A DNA stretch of 62,781 nt, filler included, from Sluysia triapertura (taxonomy: Eukaryota): assembly GCA_046118255.1 (NCBI GenBank). It is 5 parts of 5 records of this genome, joined end to end, with 100 filler letters (N's around TTAATTAATTAA, not from the genome) between each part and the next. Parts side by side here need not be neighbours in the genome. Positions count along the whole stretch, not along the records: positions 22,225 to 39,543 come from JBJNIA010189385.1; 4 more parts are not named here. The stretch is one strand, 5' to 3'. This document shows positions 26,601 to 39,643 of this stretch, one piece after another. The translations under genes and the position numbers were made by a program. The notes beneath the pieces are model-generated. The model was not told the DNA's origin. It did no database searches and was given only the letters and a program-made list of their open reading frames with translations. Within the stretch, counting starts at the first letter, position 1. Each line of letters opens with the position of its first letter.

Positions 26601-26737
26601 CTCTGTAGTTTAATAAATAAATCCTTTTCAAAATTATTTTTTTAGTTCAATTCGCTCAGGCTTTTTAATTGTGATTAAACAAAAATCTTTTTAAAAAATT
26701 AGTACAAATTTTTAGTTACATTGGTTATTGATTAGTT

Positions 26738-26790
26738 ATCCAACCAGAAGCATTTATAAGAAAACACAGTGATGCTTGTTCTAGTTGGAT
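26738..26790. promoter_or_regulatory. Diverged inverted CCAAT-like pair ATCCAACCAGAA-N29-TTCTAGTTGGAT
   Basis: 11/12-bp inverted repeat at the same position relative to arm and ORF as 10338-10395. Confidence 0.45.
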
Positions 26791-26842
26791 TGCCAATAAA
26801 ATGTACAAAAGAATTGAAGCAAAACTTAATAATTGATGAGTG

Positions 26843-27689
26843 AACCACTATCAGTGGTGACATTGACTGTGGTTGTAGTGGTAATTACTAAATAAATAGT
26901 TTTTATCCATTTAATTAAATATAAAAATAATAATAAAAATTAAAAATAGTGATAAAATAATAACAAAATGCTATTATTATTATCATTATAAACATATAAA
27001 TTCTTAAAAGTTCTAATCAACGTGATTTTACTTTTACTTTTTAACCTTTCTAACATATCTAAATTTATTAAAAAGGAAAAGCTTGAAGAATTGTAATTCT
27101 TTGTTGTGCCTTAATGTATAAAATGTTAAAAATGACTTTTTAGGTGTCGATTAATGTTTTTGAGTGAAGGTAATGCTTGAATATTAGGAGATTGTGACTT
27201 AAAGATACATTGAGAAAAGTGTAGTTTAGTGAATGTAAAGGAGATAAATTATAGTCTAATTCTTGGTGTGTTCAGAAGGTGATTGTACAATGTTAAGAAT
27301 GTGGTTTAAATTGAATTGTTTAGAGATGAAAGATAAAATATTTGGGATGAATTTTTTAATGTAATTTAATGGTTTTGAATGCAATTGTGGTTTGAATATT
27401 GTGAGAGTGTGGGTTTAATTGATTTTAACGGATGAAGATGTTTTTAATGGATGTAAAAGAGATAAATATGGAAGTGTTAAAATATTTAAGAGTATGGTTT
27501 TATGTACGATATGTTGATTTAGTTTATTATTGTTGTTTTATCTTGATTTTTGGTGTAATTTGTAGATTTTGAGAATGAATATTAAGTTTGAGAAAGTTTA
27601 TGTAAAAGGGATATTTTTGATGGATGTTTTGCGAATATGTAAAGTAAATTTTTAATAAAATTTATTAGGAAAATAGGTCGGCCACCAAA
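26843..27689 (-). mobile_element. Arm-family copy (ends AGGTCGGCCACCAAA)
   Basis: Collinear similarity to 11519-12560 over most of its length; points into cargo ORF 26600. Confidence 0.8.
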
Positions 27690-30070
27690 AGCGTCTGAAT
27701 CAAAGAAATACGCTTAAAACTATAATTAAAACTATTAATCGCTCTCTTAATTGATGAAGTAGAACAATTTACGTTCAAGTTTGAAGATAATTTTTCCTTT
27801 ATTCTTTCCAATGTTATTGAAACATCATCTTGAATGATACGTTTTATATAATTTTTTTCTTTGTTTTCGATTTTCGTTGTTCTACGTGCACGAGTGCCAA
27901 GTTTGTCAGTTCTTCCATCCTTTTTAAAACACTAATTATAGAAGAATTTATATTAAAATCTAAAGATATTTTCGTTTTGACAGATTTCATATCTAATTTA
28001 ATTATTAACTGCTGCTTTTTTCATTTATAACTTATAGCCTAAAAATCCGGATTAAATTAAATGACAAAAGGATTAAATTAAATGGCAAAGCTTAAATTAA
28101 ATGAAAAACCCTACATTATTGTTTTATTGTAAAAATGTTATCTTCTTTTGAAAGTCGTGCTTTATTGAAAGAATTATTTAATTGTTATAATATATTTGCT
28201 TATTGTTAATTTTAATGTTTACCTAATAATTGAAGATATTAGCAGAATCGAATATAAAAAGTGTTCATCAATTAAGTTTCACAGTCAGAATTTATCTTTT
28301 ATAAAGTCTGTGAATTTCCAAACAATTATAAGAATACCTCGAAAATTGTAGATAAGATTAAAATAGATAAATGTAAAATAGGCCAATTCGGTTTTGATTT
28401 ATTGTTGAGGTAAAATTCTTTATACAATCTTTTATGAAAAAATTTATATCGGCATCTATAGGTGAACTCATCATCAGAGAAAACTATTTTGCATAGTGTT
28501 AAGAATTAAAATAATTATCTGTACGGTTGAAAGCAATATACTTTAAGAATATAAAACACTTGCAAATATACTGAATATGAAAAGTCATCATATTCACAAA
28601 AAGCATACAAGTTGTTTCAATACTTATAAACTAAATTATTATTTGATAACCAATAGTCGCTTTATTCATGATAAAAAAAGTTTCTCTGAAAAGACTATAT
28701 TTAAGAGTTAAAGTTGAGAAGACATATATTTCTCATTTATATATATTTTTTGTCAAATTATGTGTTAAAACAAAAAGGAGATAATATTATGTTTTGTGAC
28801 ACCCAGAACATGAGCAGTTTATTTCCGTTCACCGTGATAACTTACGGATTACTCTTGACCTAATTTGTAATTTTGTAGGTGTTTTACGTTTTTGTTATTC
28901 TTTTCCTAAATTTACATAATAATAATTTTATTTATTGTTATTCTTGTGCCTTATCCCCATATTCACTAAATGCACGCCTTAAGCCTAGAAATAATATCAA
29001 TAATTATTTATCATTTTCAGAAGCTCTAAATCTATGTTAATTGTTAATGTATCAGATTTATCTTTAATATTAGTAACAATAACTTTACTTCTAAAATAAT
29101 TTAATGACTTCAAATAATTTACAAGGTTATTCAAATATCTTAAACACTTATCAAGGTCTCGAAGATTTTTAAATGGTCCCAACTTCAGGGGTACTTCAAT
29201 GCTTCGAAACGTTTTCAGGCCAATCTCAAGCTTTCTGAAAGCTCTCAATACTCCAAGCTATTCTTCAATTCTCAGAGTGACTGTCAATGTTTTCATCTTC
29301 ATAACTCTCACTTCAAAATGTTTTATTGTACTTTTCCCATCATTATGGTACGCTTTTCATATGTTTTGTCAATTCCACATTTTTCTTACTTATTCTTTAT
29401 TTCACAGTTTTATGGGATACATCACCCACTAAGGCTAATAGTAAAAAGGATTATTTTATATTTTTCACTAAAACATGTTTTTAAAAGATTTAAAAAACTA
29501 ATTATTACGCAGATTTATTAGTACAGTAACAACTCTCTTATCCTCCACAAAAGGTGGCGGTTTCTAGAAAATAGCGGGTTTTAGAGTAAAAAATTACAAA
29601 TTACACTTATTTATATTCATTTTTGAAAAAATAAATTGGTAGATTCCAGAAAATAGCGCATGAGTTTAGTTATGGAGAATAATATGATTTTCCAGAATAC
29701 ACAAATATTTTTTGAATTTCTTAAAAGAATACCAGTGAAACACTATAAGACTGAAAAAAGCAAACATAAATATAATATATTATATTAAATGATAAAAATA
29801 TTGTACAAATGTTACTTTGGTATTTTTCAAGTTTACGAATCTTTAAAATTTGTAAATATATAATTTTCCAATCAAAATGTTTTAGTATGAAAGTAATTAT
29901 AAATTAATGTTTAATAATTTTATGAAATTAAAAGCATTAATAAAAATTTTTAACTGAGGCATCTTCAAAAAAATATTTAAACAATATATAGTTTATCCAA
30001 TTACAAATTATTTATATAAATCTAAGAGCACATAAATTACAAAATTCCAGTATTTCTTTTGAATGAATAC

Positions 30071-33000
30071 ATGATTTTTACTATTAATAATACAATTAAG
30101 ATTTGTAAAATGAAAATAAATTATTTTAGTTTTCTACAACATTGTAGTTTTTCGAATGTGTCAAAATTATACGATGTGTGTGTTGTTGGAGGTGGTCCAG
30201 TGGGTTTTGGATTTTTATCTTTTTTATGTATATTAATTTTAGTAATGCTTTCACAATTAATATTTTAGGTTCTTCAGAAAAATGGAAATCAAAGAATATT
30301 GCATTAATCGAGGGACAATCACATAAACCTTACCAAATGTCTGAAATATATTCAAGTCGTACAGTTGCAATAAGTCCAGCAACAAAAAGAATTCTAGAAA
30401 GTTTTTAATTTAAGTTTTTATTTATATTAAGAATGCGGTGCATGGGATTATATAGAAAGACGCTACAAACCTGTAAAGGATATGTTTGTAAGTTAAATAA
30501 TTGTTGAATTTATCAATTAATTTAAAGGTGTGGGAACAAACCTCTGAAGCTTTTATTTCGTTTGATAAAGATAATAACGGAGAATCATCAAATTTAGCTT
30601 ACATAGTGGAAAATGATCTACTACAACATGCAATACTAAAAACTTTAGAAGATAAGACAAATGTCACTATTATGTATGAAACAAAAGTTGATAAGATAAT
30701 TTGTAATAAGTCATCTTGCTCATTAGAACTATCTAATGGAAATAAAATAAACACGACCTTATTAGTTAGTTTCTACTTAATATGATATGTACTGTAAAAT
30801 CCCGAGCATAAGCTGCAGAGAACGTTTTTATGGAAGTGTATTTTTTAGTCTTATAAGCTGCAGCAAGTATTAGCTGCACCATTTCCGTTGATGTTCTTGA
30901 AATTGAAGAAAATGAAATGAATGTGATCCAAACATTGCAGTTTTTCATGACCTTGTAGAATTTCACTTTTATTGACAATGAAACGTGTGATGGTTTTGAG
31001 GAGTGTGATGTTGAAAATTGAAATAAATTTGAATTGTTTTTTAGTTGTATAAGCTGCACATCATGTTAGCTGCAATTCAAAAATGTTGCCTATATGTACG
31101 TATTAACTGCAGCTTATGCTCGGGATTTTACAGTATTATTTTGTACGTAACAGGCTCATAATTATTGATTTTATTTTTTATTTGTATATTCATCATCTAG
31201 TTCACATTTTATTTTTTAATGTACTTATTAATAATTCTTAATATAGTTTGTATAAGGTGATATGTTACTTTTTAAAGTTAATGATAAGGAATGCTTTAAC
31301 AATTTTCCCAACCATGTAATTTGGCACCAATGTTTACTCATTTATTTATTGGCGTATTTTAAATATTTCCAGAAAATTTCATTTTAAATATCAAACAAGC
31401 AAACTAAATATTTAAATAATGAAAATTATTTTTGTATTGATAATACTTGATATTTAATCATATATGATCTGTTTAAAGATAAATGTGCTTTTATTGTGAT
31501 AATTTTTAAAGCTTAATAGAATTTGCAGAAGCATTTTATTAATATGTAAGATTGTAAAAAATGATTTGAAAAAATAATGATTACAAAGTTCCTGAAGTTG
31601 ATAATTCATCTCATGAAATTGCATTGAATAGTTCTGCAAACTAGAAGTTAGGTATTAAAATCATACGTTTTTATTAAAATAATATTTTTGTAAACAGGGA
31701 TTTTTTGTTTATAATCCCAAAATAAAAATTTTATAATTAAATTTTTCCTATTTAAAAGCCCAAAAGGCTTGTGAAATTCAAATAAAATCCTGTGTTGGCC
31801 TATAAGCAGAAATACCCGATCTAGATAAATTAAAACTTGACAAAGTTTTGAATTTTAAATAATTTATTGAATAAAGTAAAAAAAATAATATGATAATAAT
31901 AATTTACATTGGGTTAATATCTATCATAAAATATGTTTTAAAATATGCATTTAAAATAAATCATTTATTATAATATTTCTGAAATAAAGAATTTTTATGT
32001 TTTCTTAATTATGTCTTAATTAATTCTTAATCTACCTCTCATTTAACATTCTGTGGTAGTTTGTTACTTATTTTTTAAACAAACGGTGTTTAACCTGTCA
32101 CATAGCTTATCATTGCATATTCTGCAAACAATTGTTATATCTTAAAGACATTTTGGATTTCAAATTTTTTTATCATTTCCAAGAGATTCAGGACATTCAT
32201 GACGTAAGCATTTGTAGTTCGTGTAATGGTTTTGAATTATCCTCTGAAGTTATCTGAAATCTTAAAATATTAGTTTTAATGATTTTTTTAAAATCTACAT
32301 TATTCGTTATCAATGAATGAACAATTAGTTTAGCTCCATATTTATTAATAAATTTTTTAATATTCGATATATTTTTTAATTGGTATTTAAACTATTTAAC
32401 AAGTAATGTCTTGGTAATATTATCATAATAGTTATTAAAATATTATATATTAGAAATTTATTTAAATGCTTTATTCTATCATAATGATTTCTTAAACGTT
32501 TTATAAAATTTTATCAGGTTGGTGCAGATGGAATAAAATCGAAAGTTCGGCAAAGTGCTGGTATTGAACTAATAACTCGTAATTATGAACTTAGTGCTAT
32601 AGTTTGTACAGTGAAATTTCACAATTCAGTTAGTGTTTCGTAATAATAACTTGAAACGAATATAATATTAGATTTATATTTTTATATATTACATTAAATT
32701 TCTATATATTGTATAAATTTCTTGTATAATCTGTGGGTTTTAACTAAAACAAAAAAATAATTAATATAGGAGCAATATTTATACACAAAACCATTTACTT
32801 GTAAATTTTATCCTTAATTTTTTTTAAATTTAAAACAAAATTAATTTAAGTTATTAAATATTATACAATTTACTCACTTGTTATTAAATTATTAGAATTT
32901 AAGTTCTTCAGATTAAATTGCACGAATTCAATTGTTCTAATGAAATTGTAATTTGCAGAACAGTACTCATATAGTATTTTCTCATTTATTTCTAATGGTT

Positions 33001-34913
33001 TTATTGTTTGGCCAATAATTTATTATGCCAATACTTACTAGTTATCTATAAATTATTAAGCCAGTATTAATAGTAGTTTGGCTAATTTATATTAATAGTG
33101 TAATAGTTATTAGGCCAATAGTAGTTTTTTAATTGTTTTGTTATACTACTACATTTTTTCTAAAAACCTAATTTCCAACAAAATTAAATGAGTGGAGTCA
33201 GAAAATTCATATTAGTAATTTATTTTATTCTTTTATTCTCTATGAATATATTTTATAACTTATACTTGTTGCTATCTATGATATAAATTTAGAATTCCTT
33301 AATACATCTCGCATACCTTGAAAAGGTTCTAAAGTTATAAAACATAAAATGTTCAGTTATTAAAAATGTAAAATTTATTATTTGCAATTAAAATACCGTT
33401 CAGAAGATTTTTTATGTATAAATGATCTCCAGAAATTAAATGATGAGAGCTAAAGTGATTTGATTGTCTTCGGTTGGTATTCTTGATCACTTTTGAATTT
33501 TCTATAAGCATAAAAGTGTGTCATCAATTCAGGGTATTTAATTTAATATTTTAATAATTTATATTCTAAAATGTAAAAATTGCTGAATTAAAAAAATATG
33601 AAAAACAAAAGAATTTGTTTATCATAAATACAAAATACGATAGTTCCATGCAACAAAGAGGTGTTGCATATGATGAATTAACAGAATGTATCTAAAAATC
33701 TGATTTTTCAATTTTTCATTATTCATTAGAATAGTCTAATTTTTATTGCAAGATGATGCTTGATTTGTAATATTTTAATTGATGTAAATCTTATGTAAAA
33801 ATCAATACTTATAATTTACAATCATTGTCTGAATTAAATTTTGTAATGGAAAATTACTTTGGTTAGTTTGAATGTTTTTCTTGCGCATTTTATTTATATT
33901 TTTATATTAATACTCTGAAAACTGTAATTTTAACTTAAAGTACTCGATAATTTTTTGAAATGTTAAAAGTTCTAAAAAATTGTCGCTTTTTAAGTAAATA
34001 TAACGAATGAGTTGTACTTTAATCATGATTGAGTATTTATTTTGTTATGTATTTGTGATGCATTATTATTATTATTATTATTATTATCATTATTATTATT
34101 ATTTTGTAATTATTGTAATAAAAATTTTAAATTACTCAACTAAATTTACAACTCATATTAACTTTTCTAATTAGTTTAATTATTTTGAGTAAATTTTACG
34201 TTTCACTCGATTATATAGCTTTGCTAGGTTTGATATATTATATTTTTGTAATAAATTCTTTGTTGCGTTAACAAAAATTATAATATATTGAAATTTTGTC
34301 TAATATTATTTAAAACTTGTTTAACAAGATTATTCGTCAAATAAAATCACTTCAATTTAATGATTATTATGTAAACCTATCAACTTTTAATGTTAATCTA
34401 TTAATTAGTTTTATTCTGAGAGTCAAATTCAATGTTTCTGATGTAAGAGATGGAAGTGCCTAATAAAAAAACTTATTAATTCAAATTCTCTTTTTTAGTC
34501 TCGAATTTAACGATAAATAAATGAAAAGCTCTTGATTAAAATTTATTAATTAAAGTAAAACAGACTTAATAAAATCTAGTGCAAGAAAACATATTTAATA
34601 ATATCCAGTAGATTAAATTTATGAGTTTAATATCTCATCTTAATTTAATTTTAGAATTCATGATATTATACAATTTATTACCTATTTTCTCAATTAAATT
34701 ATCTAAGTATGATATTGTTCCACAGTAGTTATTCAAAATTGTATTAATTGTTCTTGAATACAATTTCAACTTCCTTACTACTAAGATTTATAAGTGACTT
34801 TATGTGCACGTCTTTACAATACATGTTACATAGTCGTTTCTTTAATGTTATTTTTGGCCAATATAATTTTTCTCTAATTATTTCTGTTTTAATGACCAAG
34901 AACAATTGTTTAC

Positions 34914-34978
<65 letters not shown>

Positions 34979-37900
34979 GGCCGATAGTTGATTTACAATA
35001 CATTATAAATGTTACTGCACTTATTTCAACAATAATAACTTAAATTTATTAAATGCGTTTAAAACTTCATATATTAATTCATATCTGTTTTGTTTTATGC
35101 ATTTATGCATTAATTTGTTTGTTTAACAATTGAACAATTTATTTTACATTACTGTTAATCGAAACTTGTCATCTTTAAGATAAGATAGGTAATTTTTATT
35201 TCGTACACGTTAGTTATATCGATTCATAATTAGTTTTGGTAACATTGAGTTTGGTTTTGAATTTGTCTTTGATGGTAGAGATAAAATTGCAAATTCTTCA
35301 CTATACTCGAAAATAAATTAGACACAAAAAATACCAAAGTACATTTGATAAAACAAATATTAAATAGTTGTATATTTGTATACTTGAAAATATTTAGCTT
35401 CTCAACTTATTAAAATAGGTAACCAAAATTAATTTTCAATGCTGAAGAAATTATTATCGTAAAAATTTGTTCAATGTTAGTACCAAAATAATAAATAACC
35501 AAAATTATTATTCGGTTGTAGGTGAGAAATCAATCCAAAAATTTTGTATATCAACATTAACTCAACATATTTGAATGTGCAGAAAACTTAACTTTATGTA
35601 GTATTTTTCACTGATATAAATTCTCCTTTCCATTCTACGATAACTTTTCTATAGTTACATTCTGTCGATGGGCAATTTCATTTTATAGTTAAAATCATAA
35701 CTGATTTTAAAATGTATTATGATAATACGGTGTGGTGGTTCATCCATTTACTGCGATTATATTATGTTGCTTGCATCACATATACATACGCACACAATAA
35801 CTCCATCTTAAATACATATTATAATGCACTCCATATATACCATTACATAACACCACACCAATTTCCATATCTCTATTATGAAACATTAAATTTTGAATTG
35901 GTAGATTTGTGAAGATCTTAAATAACTTTGAATTACCTCTTACTTAATGACGTTATTAAACATCAACCTTTTATACAGTAAATTCATAAAAGTTTTAAAT
36001 AAATCTAATCTATCTCTTTCATTTATTGTCATCATTAGATTGCCATTTTTTCTTAAAAAATTATGATCTACGATTGTCATCATTCTTATCTTTGCCACCA
36101 TTACACTACTTGTCCGAGAACAAACTCAAAAGATTATCGAGACTCAATGTTAAAGTTACGTTTTAATTCTTTAAAATGTTCAGACAATGTATAAATTTCA
36201 TCCATCTGATTCGGACAATGAGGACATGAATGGAAAAAAAGATAATAAAGGCATTGCATTGTATGTGATTTAGGTGATTCTAGTTTGTCGAGTTAGAAGT
36301 TTTGAAGCAATTGAAGAAATTAATATTAACGATGTATTTGCAAATGAAATAAATTACACATTTTAAATAGAGTATTTAATTAACTCATGCGATCTAAATG
36401 TGGAAGTTTGAAATTGATGTCTAAGTAGATGTACATTTGTTCATAACATTTTATATTATATCACTACAATTATATTAACAACTATAAAGTGCGAAACAAA
36501 ATTTTATATATCATTTAGCAAACGTTTTTACTGAATATATGAAACTTAGATCTTATTTTTTGAATTTGATTATTAAATGTAAATGTAAATTTCAAATCAG
36601 TGCCTTAAGCATCATAATAGAATAGTTCATCTTAAAAAATTAAAATTAATTTCCCTCACACACGTTTGTTATTAAAATACGATACCACAAAATACAGCCA
36701 ATTTCATCTCTAATTAAATTTTTTCTATAACATTTGCTTAACCTTAATTCTAATATATTTAGACGTTTTAATATACATTCATTTAATGGTTAAGAGTTAG
36801 TTTGTATTAGTTTGTGCTTGTTAGTATTCGTCTTTTTCATTTATATTTTATTAAAATCACGTTTTTAGGTCTTAGATGCTTCCCTCTAACTTTATCAATT
36901 TGCAAATTAAGCGTGATGAATTCTACTTCTTGTATTTTACTTCTAAATTTAAGATTATTTGTTAAATATTTCTCTCTGGATTTGAGAACGTTTAAGATTT
37001 TTCTTTTAAAGCGACATATATAACTAAGATATATTAGTTTTTTTAAAGTTGTAAAATTATTCTCATATTATTATTACTATTATTATTGTAGAGAAAATAC
37101 TTTAAAACACTTTAATATGAAATTGTAAAGAAAAATAAAAATACTTTAAATATTTTAATGTATTGAAAACACTTTAAAATATTTTATTTTGTTATTATAA
37201 ATTGTTAATTAATTGTTTGTAAAAAATATTTATATATATATTTGTAAAGAAAATACTTTAAAAATACTTTATTTTGTAATTATAAATATGTTAAAATAAT
37301 ATCAGTTATATATTTTTGCAAAAATATTAATCACCGATAAAACCATAATAACACGCAATTATCATCCCATTGTTTACAAAATAAACTAAAAATAATTAAA
37401 AAACCATTCTATTGTTTGTAAAAATAAATAAACTATAAAATAATCAAAATAACTATTATGAAAATATTATCAATTTTATTAATAATTATCTTTTATCTAT
37501 AATATTTTATTTTTCATCTATAAAATAATATTAAATTATTGTTTGTAAAAATATCAATATTGTAAATAATATCTTTTTTATAAAATTAATAATATTAATC
37601 ATTAATAAAATTACATAAACGTAATTGTGGAATAGTAACACACTATTATAAAATAATTATCCAATAAAGCAAGAAAAAAGTATAAAGTATAAAGTACCAT
37701 TGAAGATATTATTATCCATTGAAGAAGAAGTTGACAAGGTAAGACAGTATTTAAGGAGGTATCAAATATTTACTAGAGAAAAGGTATTTAATAATTTTTT
37801 TATATATATTAGCTTTCGAAACTATTTTGTTAGTTTGATTAATGTTTAGAATAACATTTTTAAAGTTTTAACATTTGAAATAATAAAATCTTTAAAATTT

Positions 37901-38244
37901 ATTACGATATTACGCTTTTATATTTTAATTCTTATCAAATTTATTTTATTTGTAATTTTATCCGTTAAGCATTGTAAACTATTTTTCCATTTGTTTTGAG
38001 TAAATAAAGTAATGAGTGGTGCAATTCACTTCGTTTTATTTTAAAGGTCAAGAAGAGAAATTGAACTTTAATTTTATCAAACAAGAACGCACTTCCATCT
38101 CTTAAACCAGAGACGAGTTAACGATAACATCTTGTTCATTTTAGTAAGTAATAGAAAGCAGTTTCTGCAAAACTTAAGACAAATAATAATAATAAAAGAT
38201 AAACACGCAAGTCACGCATAAAGCTACCTCATATTTATTCTAAG

Positions 38245-38301
<57 letters not shown>

Positions 38302-38461
38302 TAGGTGTATTATTTTCATGAAATATAACATAAAAATATAAAAGATAACTCAAGTTATAAAGATTATTGAAATGTTGAATGACTTTGTTATTTTTATTAA
38401 GTCAGCTAATAACACTGCATGGCAAAGGTTTACATCAACTGGTCCAATTGCTTATTTACCG
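30071..38461 (+). CDS. COQ6: Ubiquinone biosynthesis monooxygenase COQ6, 5' half; exons 30071-30227, 30269-30400, 30432-30487, 30528-30764, 32518-32628, 38402-38461
   Basis: Spliced frame reads YDVCVVGGGPVG (FAD binding), YSSRTVAISPAT, GAWDYI, LAYIVEND, LLVGADGIKSKVR and NNTAWQRFTSTGPIAYLP. All introns are GT-AG (41, 31, 40, 1753, 5773 bp). The start could instead be ATG 30110. The 3' exons (GDAAH, HPLAGQG) were not found in the window. Confidence 0.93.
30792..31133. mobile_element. 342-bp MITE, Tc1/mariner superfamily (pogo/Tc2-like), in COQ6 intron 4
   Basis: Perfect 27-bp TIR CTGTAAAATCCCGAGCATAAGCTGCAG (30792-30818 / 31107-31133), TA on both flanks, and internal repeats of (A)TAAGCTGCA. 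Confidence 0.92.
34916..34977. repeat. (TTA)n microsatellite
   Basis: Read directly; it explains the poly-Leu ORF 34748-34987. Confidence 0.95.
38245..38301. repeat. (TTA)n microsatellite
   Basis: Read directly. Confidence 0.95.
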
Positions 38462-38668
38462 GTTATTTAATTATGTATTATGTGGATTATTTTAATAGTA
38501 TTTTTATTTTAATGCTTGTGATTCATTTTGATTTAAAAATTAAAGGAATTTCGTTAAAAATAAGCAAATTAAGATTTATAAATTAAACAAATTATATATT
38601 ATTTTTTAAAACAAAAATTAGTGACATTTGTGAATTATATAATTCAATGAAGATAATTTACAATTTTC

Positions 38669-39543
38669 GTGAATTGTGTTTCGGAAACGAATAATTCAAA
38701 AACAGAAGAATTTTCTGTAAATGGAAAAGTCATTTCTGCTAATAAGGAATTAGAAACACTGGCTGCAAAATTCTTTAAAATTGAAAATACTAAAGATGGA
38801 AAGGACGAAAAAAAATCAAAATTACAAATCCAAAATAAACTGAAAATAAAATATTAAAGAACGTTAATAAAAAACAAATAACCTCAATAAAAGCTACAGA
38901 ACGGTTTCACAATTTCTAGATTTCAAAAGCATTTTAAGAAATTCCAGGATAAACAATTACAAAAAAACAGAGAACGGCAAATTATTAATCGACTTTGCTG
39001 ATAAGAAAAGTATTAAATCAACTAATGATGATGGCATTAACCAATCTCATCTTAAATGCAAGTTGGAAAACCCACATGTAATTCTACCTAAAATTGTAAT
39101 TAATGATGTGAGTAATGATATTAGTGGTAGTGATATAATCACTGATATTATATTGATAAAAACAGAAATTGAAAGATAAGTTAAAGAAGGTGAAACTTTA
39201 GACTTCATGTTTTATAGACCTAGCCGAAATGGCTTTTCTAAAAAAGTTTATATTAAAGTCGTATGCAAAATCAAGAACTATTTTGATTTGAATAGTAAGG
39301 TATATGTAGTTATGAGCCATCATCATATTATACAAAGTGAACACTGCTCATAATTGCAGGTGTTTATACTATTCTAAAAATCATAGAGGAAAAACTTGTC
39401 CGAATAAAGAAAACGAACAGTTTTACAAGTGCATAAAGTCATAATGATTTTAATTATGCATCTAATTCACATAAATGTCCAAAATATATGGAAATTTTAA
39501 AAGATAAGAAAAATTATGAATCTAAATCAAAAAACTAAGATTG
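38669..39543 (+). mobile_element. Decayed non-LTR retrotransposon ORF1 (gag-like), truncated by the gap
   Basis: Frameshifted pieces ILPKIVINDVS, KEGETLDFMFYRP, KVYIKV, NSKVYVVMS, NHRGKTCPNKE and YASNSHKCPKY follow the layout of LINE ORF1 proteins with C-terminal zinc knuckles. Confidence 0.55.
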
Positions 39544-39643
39544 NNNNNNNNNNNNNNNNNNNNNNNNNNNNNNNNNNNNNNNNNNNNTTAATTAATTAAN
39601 NNNNNNNNNNNNNNNNNNNNNNNNNNNNNNNNNNNNNNNNNNN
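39544..39643. other. Artificial contig spacer
   Basis: N44-TTAATTAATTAA-N44. Confidence 0.98.

Noticed and set aside
26169-26645. Very hydrophobic 158-aa plus-strand ORF (also 60025-60279, 4108-4534, 61643-61876)
   Set aside because: Antisense shadows of N/D/K-rich or otherwise real minus-strand ORFs.
28795-29432. TGTGACACCC LTR-like start and ORF 28997-29248
   Set aside because: No second LTR, primer-binding site or recognisable gag/pol motif.
29522-29760. TA-CAGTAACAACTCTCTTATCC as a Tigger-like TIR
   Set aside because: No matching right-hand TIR was found.
30766-31059. 97-aa ORF as a transposase
   Set aside because: It lies inside a 342-bp MITE and has no DDE or HTH features.
34748-34987. 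Poly-Leu ORFs (also 44416-44631) that look like signal or TM peptides
   Set aside because: Translations of (TTA)n/(TAA)n microsatellites.
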